Assembly (NCBI GenBank): GCA_002269645.1
Contig: NIVC01000037.1
Location: 1,178,001-1,242,000, forward strand
Direction of reading: 5' to 3'
Length of the DNA: 64,000 nucleotides
Source: Macrostomum lignano
Taxonomy: Eukaryota
Shown: piece by piece, positions 49,169 to 63,958 of the stretch
Layout of the letters: the number at the start of each line of letters is the position of its first letter
Numbering within the stretch: position 1 is the stretch's first letter
Notes under the pieces: model-generated
The model's database searches: none
Seen by the model: the letters and a program-made list of their open reading frames with translations, nothing else
Told to the model about the DNA's origin: nothing
Translations under genes and position numbers: made by a program

Positions 49169-49524
49169 GAGTATTACCACGAAAAACACCGAGTATCCCG
49201 AGTACTTCTCTCAACAAGAGGCCACAGCAGCAGAAGCACAGTCGCTCTCTATCTCGCTCTAGGGATTCGAATTTCTCCTTTGCTCCTTCTCAGACAGCCG
49301 ATGGAGATTTTGCGCGGTTTAATCAGACAGATTCGGGTCTGTTTTCTCTAGCTCTCGCTCACCTCTTTGGTTGATCAAATTCTATAGTAAGTTCTGGAGA
49401 AGGGAAACTTTATGTATATCCTTAGTCTAATAAACCATAATTAAGTCACTGTGTGGTGCACTTCTGATTTGCTGCTAATGAATGCGAATATTTCCCTATC
49501 TGTTTTAATCAGCGACTGGTTCCG

Positions 49525-50015
49525 ATTGCATGAACTATTGCAAGGAAACTGTGCTGATTGCATGAACTATTGCAAGGGAACTGTGCTGATTGCATGAACT
49601 ATTGCAAGGGAACTGTGCTGATTGCATGAACTATTGCAAGGAAACTGTGCTGACTGCATGAACTATTGCAAGGAAACTGTGCTGATTGCATGAACTATTG
49701 CAAGGGAACTGTGCTGATTGCATGAACTATTGCAAGGAAACTGTGCTGACTGCATGAACTATTGCAAGGAAACTGTGCTGATTGCATGAACTATTGCAAG
49801 GTAACTGTGCTGATTGCATGAACTATTGCAAGGAAACTGTGCTGATTGCATGAATGAACTATTGCAAGGGAACTGTGCTGATTGCATGAACTATTGCAAG
49901 GGAACTGTGCTGATTGCATGAACTATTGCAAGGGAACTGTGCTGATTGCATGAACTATTGCAAGGAAACTGTGCTGATTGCATGAACTATTGCAAGGGAA
50001 TTGTGCTGATTGCAT
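49525..50015. repeat. 32-bp minisatellite (gattgcatgaactattgcaagggaactgtgct)
   Basis: Tandem copies. Confidence 0.96.
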
Positions 50016-50384
50016 GAAAGGCCGAGGCGGATTGCTTTTAAATTGCTTTGCAGATTCGCGCATTTCGAAATATAATACAACTACATCTATTCTTTTATCC
50101 ATCCTCATTTCGAGACGCTTTGCCCTTCCTGTCCAAAAATTAAGCGGATTTACAGAATCTGTTGCGCACTAGCGTGATGATCCAAAATTCTGAGCCTTGT
50201 CGAGCCCTCGAAATGAAATCCCACCTGATCCGGGATATTTTATTGAGAAAAAGGTTTAATTAAGAAAGCTTCGTACCAGCGAATCCAAAAATAGAAACTT
50301 TATTATTCAATATGTGATAACAGAGTACCTGAATACTATTGCCATCGATTATTTTCACCTTTACTGCATTTGTTAGTTAGTTAT

Positions 50385-52294
<1,910 letters not shown>

Positions 52295-52984
52295 CTCAGT
52301 CCGCTGACTCTCGGCACGCACACGAATACTCGGATTAGAACGCAGGCACCCGCTCACCCAAACAAGGTGTACAGCGGCCCTGAATGACTCATTGTACACT
52401 CTTTGCATGTACATGTACAGCATGTACACTCTTTGTGCCTTGGGGCTTGGCCCTCATGACACGACACACTTGGAATCGAGCCTGGGCCGCTGGCACATCA
52501 GAGCCATCCTGGACTGTTATCCTTCAGAGGCAATAGTTGAACATCTCGGCAGTGGTCTTAGCCTTGACTGCCCTGCCTCAAATATGAATTTAGTACACCC
52601 GATTGCATGGCTAGTAGCCATTCCTACTGCCATCTAATCAGGCGTCTGCCACCGAAGTGAAAAATTTGATTATTAAAAGTCTCTTTTAGAATAAAAAATC
52701 AACGGCTGTGCACTCACAAAGGCACTGGAGCCTCCTTCGGTTCCAATTAACTTTCGATAATAAATTAGCAGAGCAATGCTTCACTGCTTCTACATGTAAC
52801 TTTCTAATGCCAAATAGTACAAGGTTTCCTTCTAACGCTCGGCTTTTAAGCCTAGTGGCATAGTAGAACTTGTAATGAGTGCAGAGTGTGCAGAATATTT
52901 GTTTCGTATTTATCAATGATTTTTGAATTCACGATTTTCAATAACACTCAATCGCAACTGCTTGGCAAAGGCTTGCGCTGATCC

Positions 52985-53460
52985 TTCAGTGCTTCATATG
53001 CTTTGGTGAGCCTCACTTACCCTTCCCAATGCTTCAGTGAGCCTCACTAACACTTTCCGATGCTTCAGTGAGCCTCACTAACACTTCCCGATGCTTCAGT
53101 GAGCCTCACTAACACTTCCTGATGCTTCAGTGAGCCTCACTAACACTTCCCGATGCTTCAGTGAGCCTCACTAACACTTCCTGATGCTTCAGTGAGCCTC
53201 ACTAACACTTTTTGATGCTTCAGTGAGCCTCACTAACACTTCCCGATGCTTCAGTGAGCCTCACTAACACTTCCCGATGCTTCAGTGAGCCTCACAAACA
53301 CTTCCTGATGCTTCAGTGAGCCTCACTAACACTTCCTGATGCTTCAGTGAGCCTCACTAACACTTCCCGATGCTTCAGTGAGCCTCACTAACACTTCCTG
53401 ATGCTTCAGTGAGCCTCACTAACACTTCCCGATGCTTCAGTGAGCCTCACTTACCCTTCC
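52985..53460. repeat. 31-bp minisatellite with internal palindrome AGTGAG-C-CTCACT
   Basis: gatgcttcagtgagcctcactaacacttccc, period 31. Confidence 0.95.
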
Positions 53461-54036
53461 CCCATCCTTGTGAGTGGCACACTAGCCATAATGATATTCT
53501 AATGCAGCTTCAACTGAACCATACCCAATTAAAGAACGCTATGTTAAAGCATCAGTGAGATAGAAGTACAGCATTGACAATTCAAAAAGATTAGGGTTGG
53601 AAAGAAATAGATAAACTAAAAAATGTTTTTCTTACTTTTTTATTACTCAGTTTCTTGTGAAAATGCCTGGGCTATAAAGCCCAAAAAAGTCAGAACAAGG
53701 TAGAAGTTGAAAACAGCAACGAAAAAACTGGAAGCATACTCGTAACAGAAGCTCAAAACATTACATACGACTTTTTGCCTTTTCAAAAAGATGGTAAATT
53801 CTTATTCTTAATAATCAACATTCGAAGTATTAAAGCTACAAAAACAGTGGCAAAAATTAGCAGAATGCAACAAATCACCTAGCTAATAATGCAATCTTAC
53901 CAAAGCGAAATATCGCACAGTTTACTAAAATTCACATCGAACCAAGAAATTATAATAGAAAACAAAGAAACAAAGTAATTGAGTTTCCAATATAGCACCT
54001 TGGATTCGCCTGAGCCCCGTGTACATGTAGGCCTCT

Positions 54037-55380
54037 TCAACCAGACCACTTCAAGTCGAACACTACCGACTGCTCATGGAAGGTGAACTTGCGGCGACCA
54101 CTGCGGCTAACGCGGCTACTTATAGATCGGCGAGTCACCACCGAGCTGGCGCCGCCGCCGCCGCTGCCTCCGCTGGCGCCGCCGCGACGGGAATCGAGCC
54201 AGCCCATATCATAGCCGCTGCCGCATTTACCAGCTTGGCGAGCTTGTCTAGCAGCCTCGCGTAGCTTCTCAATCTTTTGGTCCCGGTTTGAATAGTGATC
54301 GACGCGCTCCCAGTACAACTCGCTCTCTCTCTGGCGCTCCAGCTCGCGCCCGTTGTTGCGCAACCACTCCAACTCTAGCTGGCGCTCCTCCTCCAGCATT
54401 TGCTCTTTAAACGCTTCGAACTGCAAATCCGAGGCCGACAGTTCGTGCCTCTGCGACGAGTTGCTGAATGGCGACAAGCCGAAGCAGCTAGACGTGTCCT
54501 GGCGCAGAAACGCGATGTTAACGCGAGAAGACGACGAACGCTGCCGCATCAACGCCACGGGTTGTTGACCGTGTCGATAATTCAGATTGCTAGCAGACCG
54601 CGGAGGTGTTGACTGCGCGATCGAACGCGACGACGAGGCCTGTGGGGCCACCGAACGGATCCGGCTTGGTGCCGGGCGCGGAGGCGGCGGCGGCGATGGC
54701 ACCACAAACTCCGAACTCGGTCCAACGATTGCCAGCGGCCCCGGAACCGCAGCGGCCGGGGCGGCACCGTTGTAGCTAGACACGGAAGAGACACTGGAAA
54801 CAGAGGATCCGCTGCTAATGACGGACACGTTACGCTGCGACAGCCGGCTCACAACGCTGCCGGAGCCGGAATAGTACGAGCCAACTGACGAACCGCCGGA
54901 GCTAGACTGGCCGCTCCGCTGACGCTGCGAGGAGCCCGACAACGAAGATGAAGACGACGATGACGACGTCGAGGTGTCGCTGAGACGTAATTGGCGCCGA
55001 ACTGCGTAGCCACCTCTGCCGCCGACAACGCCGCTCGGGCTACGAAGCTGGCGGCCGACTGAGGGGCCAGCCCGATGGGGATTGTACCTACTCGATAGGC
55101 TGGCTCCGGCGCCTCCGCCGCCGCTAATAGTGGAGCTGAGTCTAGCGCGGCCGCCGCTGCCGCCGTGGGCTCCCTCAGTGCGCAGTCTATCCGGTCGCCA
55201 CCACATTGAGCGCAGGCTCTGGTGCTGCCGGCTTGAGGTGACAGTGGAGCCCATCGGAGAGCGGGACCTGTCCCGTTGACGTCCTGCCGAGCTTCGCATA
55301 TCGCCACCCAAGCCGCTGATTATAGAGGCTCCGTCGCTCATTAAGAATCGTTGAAAATGCCGATTGTTGTAGCCGTTCAT
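54037..55380 (-). CDS. 447-aa intronless Ser/Arg/Gly-rich protein with a C-terminal coiled-coil-like block, unknown family
   Basis: ATG start; long GC-rich non-tandem ORF between AT-rich flanks; charged helix FEAFKEQMLEEERQLELEWLRNNGRELERQRE. Confidence 0.75.
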   Translation of the reverse strand: MNGYNNRHFQRFLMSDGASIISGLGGDMRSSAGRQRDRSRSPMGSTVTSSRQHQSLRSMWWRPDRLRTEGAHGGSGGRARLSSTISGGGGAGASLSSRYNPHRAGPSVGRQLRSPSGVVGGRGGYAVRRQLRLSDTSTSSSSSSSSLSGSSQRQRSGQSSSGGSSVGSYYSGSGSVVSRLSQRNVSVISSGSSVSSVSSVSSYNGAAPAAAVPGPLAIVGPSSEFVVPSPPPPPRPAPSRIRSVAPQASSSRSIAQSTPPRSASNLNYRHGQQPVALMRQRSSSSRVNIAFLRQDTSSCFGLSPFSNSSQRHELSASDLQFEAFKEQMLEEERQLELEWLRNNGRELERQRESELYWERVDHYSNRDQKIEKLREAARQARQAGKCGSGYDMGWLDSRRGGASGGSGGGGASSVVTRRSISSRVSRSGRRKFTFHEQSVVFDLKWSG

Positions 55381-57950
55381 TGCGCAACAGGATTCAAGTT
55401 TTAAGCGAATGAAGCTTAAAGACAGTCGCTGAAAACGAGAAAGGTAAAATAATTGATTTGGGCTCTGTTCAGTGTGTTTTGTTCATTTGGAGTAGAGATC
55501 AAAGAGTTTACTTTCATTTAAATAGCATGCATTTCTGCGAACATACTACTCATATTAATATTTTATGTAGCAGATTGCCTACTTCATAAGGAAAAAATGA
55601 ATAAAACTTCTAACTCCTATTATATTGTACATAAGAATTTTACATATTATATATTTTTAATGATTCCATTTTTAATAGTCTGTAAAGATTGCACCTAAAT
55701 AAACCAAAATCTAGAAAAAGTGCACCTCGGTAATATTTCAATAACTCTAGCTCATAAATATTGAATTTTAAAACAGCTATTTAAAATAATTTATGAATTT
55801 AAAATGCCCCAAAAGACTAAAATATATGTGAAATTAAATTATGCATAAAACTTTTTTATATTGGTGCTACTATGCTAGATACGAGCTAATGATACATATT
55901 TTAATAAGGCTATGCAAACATAAATATAGCTTTCTAAAATTCAAAGGAAAAATATTCAAAGCCATTATCTATCTGAGCTTTCAGGAATAAAAAACAGGCT
56001 TATTTGATTAATGAAGCTTTCCATATTTTAAATAAAAATTTTCATTTTTTTGTTCCCAGATTTAAATTAAATTGAATTTCGGGAACATCACATTATATAA
56101 AAATAAGACTATTAGCATCAGCAATATTAGTAAGTTACAAAACCTTGCATTTAAATTCATGTCCACCAGAGGCAAACATGTCAAATGGATCGATTTATTA
56201 TTTATTTATAAACTGCGATTTAGTATGTATTGTATTGATTGCATTCATAAATAGTTGAATAATTAATGAATATGATTTTTATTAACTTTCAGACTCTTAG
56301 TCCAAAGTTCGCAGACTCGAACTAATTATTTACAAGCAAAAAAATCTAATCTAATAAGCAAATTGTAAGGGTATCGAGGTAAAACAACAGAAAATGAAAT
56401 CCCGATAGCTTTTTAACAATTTAACAATTGCAAACTTTGCACAACAAAACTAGTAATTATTGACAAAACTCTACAGATTGTGTGTTTTTTACATAATGTT
56501 ACATAATATCGGCATTACTTGCGTGTCAGTTCTAGCTCGGAGATCGGATGCGGCCGGCCACGCAGTTAGAGAATAGATTTTGAAATCTACAATGAACTAT
56601 TAATGCAACATTATAAATACTGTACGGCAGTATTTCAAGCGTACTTTCGTAATAAAGAGTAAATAATATTTACTTTTGTGTATGTAATCATTCATCTAGC
56701 TAAACAACTTTGTTATAGCGGACATTCAAAAACATATGCAAACCGTCAAGTTAATTTTCAAAAGTAAATTCAAAGTTATGGCTTTAAAATTAACAAAATA
56801 ATTGCAATGTTCAGACTACTCGTTTATGATGAAAGTATCATCTTTCGATATCTGTTTTGCGCAACAGAATTTACACGTAGCTATATATATTCTTATATTC
56901 TTATATCATTCTTATATATATATTGAGAATTACATGTACATTTGCTTCATAATTGTTGTTACCGCGTACGAGTGTACAGAAATCATTAAAATTGTCGTGC
57001 TGCTACATTTTCCAGAAATTTTTACGCTTGTATCCTAATACAGTAGTTACAGTGTTAACTAATATAGCCCCACTATTCTGGAAACTTCTACGCTCTTCCT
57101 GTACGCCAAATAAAAATAGTAGTATTCTAGTTAGGAACTTCCCCGCGCATCCAGAGGCGATAAATAGAAACGCCCCTAATGAGAGTTGTCAGACTGCGTC
57201 AGACCGCAGTTGTCAGACTGCGCTGACAACTACTATTACTACAATATACATGTAAATGCCATCCTCGCTCTGCCGAGCACTTTGTCGGGTTGGTTTACCA
57301 AAAATAATCGAGGTCTCTGTTCGTTCGATTATTCAAAGATCAACAGTAATTGCAACCCTAAAAATCTTAGAAATGTTTTTTAAAGCTACTGCGCTTTCAA
57401 ATCCTGATTTAACGTAGGCCAGTTTAGAATTAAAAAGCATTTTTCTTGCAAGATTTTAGCTAAGGCATATATAATTGTGCAGATCCAATCCTCACAAGAG
57501 ACAACTTTGAGTTCGCTGGCATAATTCCCAATCGATGCTAGGGTTTCTGTTCCAGCACTCCGATGAGATCATAAATGCATCGCTTGTAAGCCGACCAAAG
57601 AAAATAAGAGTGAAATAATGAAGTAGCTTGTACATGTACATAGCGATTTCAATAATCAATCCTTTCCTTCAGTTTGATTCAGCCTCTGTGAAGTCATTTA
57701 CTACCATTTAAATAAGACCCATTCAAAACAAGCCTAAAATTACTTGAACAATTAAATGCGCCACAAAATGGAGCAAAGAGGCTTTTATTTAAACACGAGT
57801 CCAAAATTCAACAGCAACAAAGACAACAGTAAATTTATTAGGCTTTGTAAAGGGCTGTGATATTAGTACAGGAGAAGCAGGAAATTGTTAATATGTCTCG
57901 ACAAAAACGCAACACGGGTATCATGGCACAGAGTCTTCTGAGGCGGATAA

Positions 57951-58431
57951 TCACTGATAATCCGTAGTGAAAATATCCGAGTTCGACAGGCCGGAGTCCG
58001 AGGAGTTCACGCTGGTGCCGCCGTGCCGCAGGCGCTTCTTGGCCCGCTGCCGGCGCCGATTAGCGATGCCGGCGCCTCCGCTGCTGCCTCCAGCGCCGCT
58101 GCCACCGCCGCTGGCGGCTCCGTCGTCGTCGCTGCTGCTACTAGACGACGTCGAGCTGTTGTCTCCACGGCCGCCGCCGGCGCCGCCGCTGCCAGAGGCG
58201 CCGCTGCCGGAGCTACCGCCGCCCGACGAACGGGTAGCTCCGCTGCTGCTCCGCTTCTGCGGTCCGCCGCCTCCGCTGCCGCCGCCGCTGGACGCTCCAG
58301 ATGATGGATGGCCGCGAGCGGCTGCGGCCGCCTTCCGACTGGGAACGGCACGGAGGCTGCGGGTGCGACCGCCCGCCTGCTCATCGTCCAGATCGTCGGC
58401 AGCCAAAGCCAGCAGGTCGATGAAGGTGTAC
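57951..58431 (-). CDS. INTS3: Integrator complex subunit 3, last exon
   Basis: (R)YTFIDLLALA resembles INTS3 KFSDLFSLA; Gly/Ser-rich tail with basic RRRQRAKKR; TGA at 57953-57951. Confidence 0.85.
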
Positions 58432-58594
58432 CTGGATCAGCCAAGAGACAGATGGTCTTTGTTCTGCTTTAAGTGGCAAAAAGCCAACATTAAATGCTAG
58501 CTTTTTTTAATTAAAATTAGCAAACTTTTAAGCTACACTCGTATATCCACAGTAATTTAAACACTTGATAAATTTTAGCTAGAAGCGATGCTAT

Positions 58595-59420
58595 TTAGTT
58601 ACAAGCCTCCTAAACTAGAAACTCCACAAGCTATAAGCCTCCTAAACTAGAAACTCCCCAAGCTATAAGCTTCATAAATAGAAACTCCACAAGCTATAAG
58701 CTTCATAAACTGGAAACTCCACAAGCTATAAGCCTCCTAAAGTGGAAACTCCCCAAGCTATAAGCTTCATAAACTAAAAACTCCACAAGCTATAGCTTCA
58801 TAAATTAAAAACTCCCCAAGCTACTCGTATAAGCCTCCTAAACTAGAAACTCCACAAGCTCTAAGCTTCATAAACTAGAAACTCCCCAAACTATAAGCCT
58901 CCTAAACTAGAAACTCCACAAGCTATAGTTTCATAAATTAGAAACTCCCCAAGCTATAAGCCTCCTAAACTGGAAACTCCCCAAGCTATAAGCTTCATAA
59001 ATTAGAAACTCCACAAGCTATAAGCTTCATAAACTGGAAACTCCCAAGCTATAAGCTTCATCAACTAGAAACTCCCCAAGCTATAAGCTTCATCAACTAG
59101 AAACTCCCCAAGCTATAAGCTTCATAAACTAGAAACTCCACAAGCTATAAGCTTCATAAACTGCAAACTCTAAGCTAGAAGCTATAAGCTTCATCAACTA
59201 GAAACTCCACAAGCTACAAGCCTCCTAAACTAGAAACTCCCCAAGCTATTAGCTTCATCAACTAGAAACTCCCCAAGCTATAAGCTTCATCAACTAGAAA
59301 CTTCACAAGCTATAGCTTCATAAACTAGAAACTCTACAAGCTATAGGCCTCCTAAATTAGAAACTCCACAAGCTATAAGCTTCATAAACTGGAAACGCCA
59401 CAAGCTATAAGCTTCATCAA
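58595..59420. repeat. ~30-31 bp minisatellite (ctagaaactccccaagctataagcttcataaa)
   Basis: Fills the last INTS3 intron. Confidence 0.93.
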
Positions 59421-59439
59421 CTAGGAAGCTGGCGGTAAC

Positions 59440-59951
59440 CTCAGCTCCGCGGGCGCCGCCCGCACAACCTCGCGCAGAGCCTCCTGCATGAGCTCGTGCT
59501 GCAGCAGTGACAGATTGCGCAGCCGCTGCCGCATAATGTCCAGATGGCGGAGACTCTGCTCTAGGGGAGGCGGCGACTGACGAGAGCTTCCACCGCCGCG
59601 TCCACCATGGGCGGAGGCTGCAGTCCCGCCTCCAGGCGACATCAGACAGTTGTTGAGTATCTCGGCCAGTCTGTCCAATTTCTGTTCGGACCAAAAGTGC
59701 AGAATGCTCGGACACAGCGGGTCTGTTAGCTGAGGCTCGCGCCATAGGACAGCACAGACTAGATCGAAACTTGGCTGCTCAAGTTTGAGCATTAGCAACA
59801 GATTAGTGGTAGCTTCCGCATGCCGGCCGCTGTCAAGGTGAGGCAGCAGTGGCAGGAATCGTTCTGTAGGCAAATCCTGAGCATTCAACAGCTGCCAAAG
59901 GAATAGTTGTTCAACACTCTCCCAGGAGAGACTGTCTCGTAGTAGAGTCAC
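59440..59951 (-). CDS. INTS3: INTS3 exon (VTLLRDSLSWESVEQLFLWQLL...HAEATTNLLLML)
   Basis: Resembles INTS3 SLDWETFEQYCAWQL; GT-AG boundaries and phase match. Confidence 0.92.
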
Positions 59952-60059
59952 CTGGTAATAAAATAAAATAACTTAAAATAACTTTTGCTTTTGTCTATGG
60001 CTAAAAGTGACAAATTCAGCGAAGTCTCATAGCAAAAGTTGGCTGTTTTATTTTTAAGT

Positions 60060-60610
60060 CAGGGCCGCTGTACACTGCCAGGATTTTTCCTGGGGGGTCA
60101 TCTGACCCCCTCCCTGACCCCCTTTCGGATCCGCCATTGAGTAAATTTCTGCTCTCTCTCCAACTTTGGAGGAAGTATAGAACAGTTGAATTTCACTTTT
60201 TCTTAAATTTTAAGGGGGGAGGGGTCATGACCCCTAGATTTTCTCGCAAGGGAAGGGTCATGAACCCTAGATTTTCTCGCGGGGGAGGGGTCATGACCCC
60301 TAGATTTTCTCGCGGGGGAGGGGCATGCTTGGACGCAACATAGGGATTCACCCGGCTGTTTCTATTGGCAACACACACATGTAAGTCGCTATTGGACAGA
60401 ATAATAGTCACGTGACTGCTCTCAGCCAATAGCGACTTACATGTGTGTGTTGCCAATAGAAACGGCCGGGTGATTCCTAAGGTTGTGCATGTATGGGAAG
60501 GGGTCATGACGGCCTAGATTTTCTCGCGGGGGAGGGGTCATGACCCCTTGATTTTCTCGCGGGGGAGGGGTCAGCTGACCACTTTGACCTCCTGGATCCG
60601 CCATTGCACT
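60060..60610. mobile_element. Composite MITE-like intronic element: 33-bp repeats, two ggatccgccattg termini, nested hairpin
   Basis: ggatccgccattg at about 60128 and 60595; gggggaggggtcatgacccctagattttctcgc repeats. No confirmed target-site duplication. Confidence 0.45.
60344..60477. mobile_element. 134-bp palindromic MITE-like hairpin
   Basis: 52-bp arms 60344-60395 and 60426-60477 with 2 mismatches; central palindrome agtcacgtgact at 60406-60417. Confidence 0.7.
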
Positions 60611-60649
60611 GTATACTGTGTAATGCATAAGCCGAACCAAAACAATTAC

Positions 60650-61106
60650 CAGATTATCTTTGCGGAACAATTCCAAGTGTCCCTGCATAATATCGGCCAC
60701 CATAGTCTGCAGCTGGGAGCAGTCAATGCTGGACACAATGATGCGCATCAGATGCGGATTATTCTGGCACTGGCTGGCAAAGTTGCGGAACACATCGGGC
60801 AGCAGGTAGGCCAATAGGCGCGGATCGTCCTGGGCTAGCAGGTTCAAATCTTTGAACAGGCAGGTGCGCAGATCGGGATTCTCTTGGCTTTTGCAAAACT
60901 CTTTGTAGGCAACAAATTTATCGTCCTGGCTTTGGGCTCGGTCCACTTTGAGAAAGTATAACAGGTAATAGCCAATGCGAGGGTGTCTGGCCGCCATCTC
61001 CGATAGCAGCAGGTACAGCGGCTGCCGCTTCGGGTCGTCCTCAGAGTACTGGCATAGCGTTCGGCAGATCACGAATATGGGAGTGCTCACGCTGTCCTCC
61101 AGGCTC
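60650..61106 (-). CDS. INTS3: INTS3 exon (SLEDSVSTPIFVICR...RIGYYLLYFLK...FRKDNL)
   Basis: Resembles INTS3 SLEESVGKPLYLIFR and IGYHLLYYL; donor ctg|gtaatt gives a gapless junction. Confidence 0.92.
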
Positions 61107-61199
61107 CTGCGGCATGCAGTCAGGGATCGGCGGGATCGTTAGGGCTCTTTGCCGCGTTCTCCTCTGCTTTCATTGCCCATATTCTTCTCTCTGTTCCTT

Positions 61200-62005
61200 C
61201 CCAGATTCTCCTGATCTGCCTTCCTCATCCCGACTCTCCCCGATCCCCCGACTCTCCCCGATCCCCTGACTCTCCTCCCGATCCCCTGACTCTCCTCCCG
61301 ATCCCCTGACTCTCCTCCCGATCCCCTGACTCTCCTCCCGATCCCCTGACTCTCCCCAATCCCCTGACTCTCCCCGATCCTCTGACTCTCCCCGATCCCA
61401 TAACTCTCCCCGATCCCCTGACTCTCCCCGATCCCCTGACTCTCCCCGATCCCCTGATTCTCCCCGATCCCCTGATTCTCCTCCCGATCCCCTGACTCTC
61501 CTCCCGATCCCCTGACTCTCCCCGATCCCCTGACTCTCCTCCCGATCCCCTGACTCTCCTCCCGATCCCCTGACTCTCCTCCCGATCCCCTGACTCTCCT
61601 CCCGATCCCCTGACTCTCCCCGATCCCCTGACTCTCCCCGATCCCCTGACTCTCTCCGATCTCCTGACTCTCCTCCCGATCCCCTGACTCTCCCCGATCC
61701 CCTGACTCTCCCCGATCCCCTGACTCTCCCCGATCCTCTGACTCTCCTCCCGATCCCCTGACTCTCCCCGATCCCCTGACTCTCCCCGATCCCCTGACTC
61801 TCTCCGATCCTCTGACTCTCCCCGATCCCCTGACTCTCCCCCATCCAAAGACTCTCCCAATCCCTTGACTCTCCCCCATCCGAAGACTCTCCCAATGCCT
61901 TGGCTCTTCCCCATCCAGACTCTCCTAATCGCTTGACTCTCCCAATCCCTTGACTCTCCCAATCCCCTGACTCTCCGCCATTCAAAGACTCTCCCAATCC
62001 CCTAC
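61200..62005. repeat. 18-21 bp minisatellite (ccccgatcccctgactct)
   Basis: Tandem copies in INTS3 intron. Confidence 0.93.
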
Positions 62006-62073
62006 TTTTTCCCATCCCCTGATTAGCGTACTTCCGAAGAAAGTATCGTGCAAAAGCTCCGCAGGGAACTCAC

Positions 62074-62238
62074 GAAGCATCGGCCGACTCCCCGGGAAAG
62101 ATGGGGTCCTCCAACTGCGAGTGGCAGATTTCGCACAGGCAGGTGGCTATACGACGCGAAAAGTCCAAATCGATGTCCTCCTCTTCTATGATGCCCTGCA
62201 CCACCTGGTACATGATCTCGCACTGGGCCTCAGTATCG
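62074..62238 (-). CDS. INTS3: INTS3 exon (SDTEAQCEIMYQVVQGIIEEED...)
   Basis: Resembles INTS3 SDTEAQCEVMQEIV; phase 2/2. Confidence 0.92.
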
Positions 62239-62361
62239 CTGCGAGAGTTTTAAAATAATAATTGTATTATATTAGGTTAGTAATTTCACATTGTCCTTAA
62301 GTCTTTAGCTTGATTGCACAATTCCTAGCAATAAGCTTCAATTCAGTGTAAAAAACTTTAC

Positions 62362-62957
62362 CTTTCATCTCTAAGCTGCATAAGGCGATCCCGCATGACT
62401 GAGTCCAACTGCTGCAGGTAGGACTCAATATCCACCCTGTCTACCTGGTAATGACAGCGCAGCTTCAGGCGTTGAAAGTCCCGACGAAGATCGAAAAACG
62501 CGCCGCTAGCGCCGCCGACAGTTCCACCGGCGCCGCCGCCAGCGCCGTTCTCTGCGTCCGACATTTCGGCGTCGCTGAACTCGGCAGATTCCGAACGGCG
62601 ACGCCCTCTGCCACCGCCAGAGCCGACAAAAGTTGCCGCCGCAGCTGCAGCCGACGGTTCCATCGACACGTCCGGCTGGACGCTGGCTGGGGCGGCGGAT
62701 GGCGCTGGCGGCGCCGGAGGCGTCGGCGGTTTCGGCGGCGGAGTGGCGGAGCGCGACAAGGACTCGTGGTGATGCCCGCCGCCTGAAGTCGAGGAGGCCG
62801 GCGGCGTCGACGTCTGCCGAGCGATGCCGCCGCTGCTGGAGACGCCGCTGCTGGAGACGCCGCTGCTGGCAGCCGATACGATGATTGCCGAATCATAGAT
62901 TGGCGTCGGTTGAAGGCCGCCGACAACCGCCGAAGCGGGGTCTGGCAGCCTGGCGGA
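62362..62957 (-). CDS. INTS3: INTS3 linker exon (Ser/Pro/Ala-rich, AEFSDAE, ...QLRDE)
   Basis: Acceptor cgccag| phase 0; open frame; donor ag|gtaaag. Confidence 0.8.
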
Positions 62958-63124
62958 CTGGCGTAATGGGGAACACGGAACTAATTCAGGTGCTTAGTCG
63001 CTGAGTGATTGTTTGAAATAAAAGGGAGATTGGCGACGGTGAATCGCCTAGCGATAAAAACCATTGTTCAGAATATCGCCCGTGTCCGACAGAAATATGT
63101 TCCTCTCCCCCTGAATCCACCCCG

Positions 63125-63545
63125 ACAATCCCATCTCCCTAAATGTTTTCCCCCCGAAAATCCCATCCACCCTGAATCTTTCACCCCGAAAATCCCATCC
63201 CCCGGAATCTTTCAACCCAAGAATCCCATCTCCCTGAATCTTTCCCACCAAAATCCCATCCACCCTGAATCTTTCACCCCGAAAATCCCATCCCCCGGAA
63301 TCTTTCCCACCAAAATCCCATCTCCCTGAATCTTTCACTTCGAAAATTCCATCTCCCCTGAATCTTTCACTTCGAAAATTCCATCTCCCCTGAATCTTTC
63401 ACCCCGAAAATCCCATCTCCCTTGAATCTTTCCCCCCGAAAATCCCATCTCCCTTGAATCTTTCCCCCCGAAAATCCCATCTCCCTTGAATCTTTCACCC
63501 CGAAAATCCCATCTCTCTTGAATCTTTCACCCCGAAAATTCCATC
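63125..63545. repeat. ~31-bp minisatellite (gaatctttcaccccgaaaatcccatctccct)
   Basis: Tandem copies in INTS3 intron. Confidence 0.9.
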
Positions 63546-63587
63546 TCTGAAAAACGTTCTTTCCGCTATCAAATTCTCCAGACTCAC

Positions 63588-63958
63588 CGCAGCCGCAGCC
63601 GCCTGAGGCGCCTGTGCCGGCACCAGATCGGCAAACGTGTGCCTCAACAGGCCGTGCATCTGTTTGTCCATCTTAGCCAAATCGAATATATGCGCCAGAC
63701 TGTGCACAACTTTTCGTTCGACTGCGGACAGCAGACACAAGCGGAGCCTGCGCCGTAGGTCGCCAGCCAGAGCCGGATAATAATTATCGGCTAATCGGCA
63801 TAGAAAATCCAGCATGCCAATAGCCAGGTGCTGCTGATGCGATCTGGCTAAATTGTTTTGAATAACCAGCACGCCGGGCTCAATGTTCATGAGATTGTGC
63901 TGCGCCGGGTCGAACATCAGCCAATCGTAATAGAGCGCCAATTTCATATTGCAAACCA
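63588..63958 (-). CDS. INTS3: INTS3 exon (KLALYYDWLMFDP...MNIEPGVLV...MLDFLCR); upstream exons beyond window
   Basis: Resembles INTS3 KLALFYDWLFF...MNIEPAILV...LLDFMCR. Confidence 0.95.
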
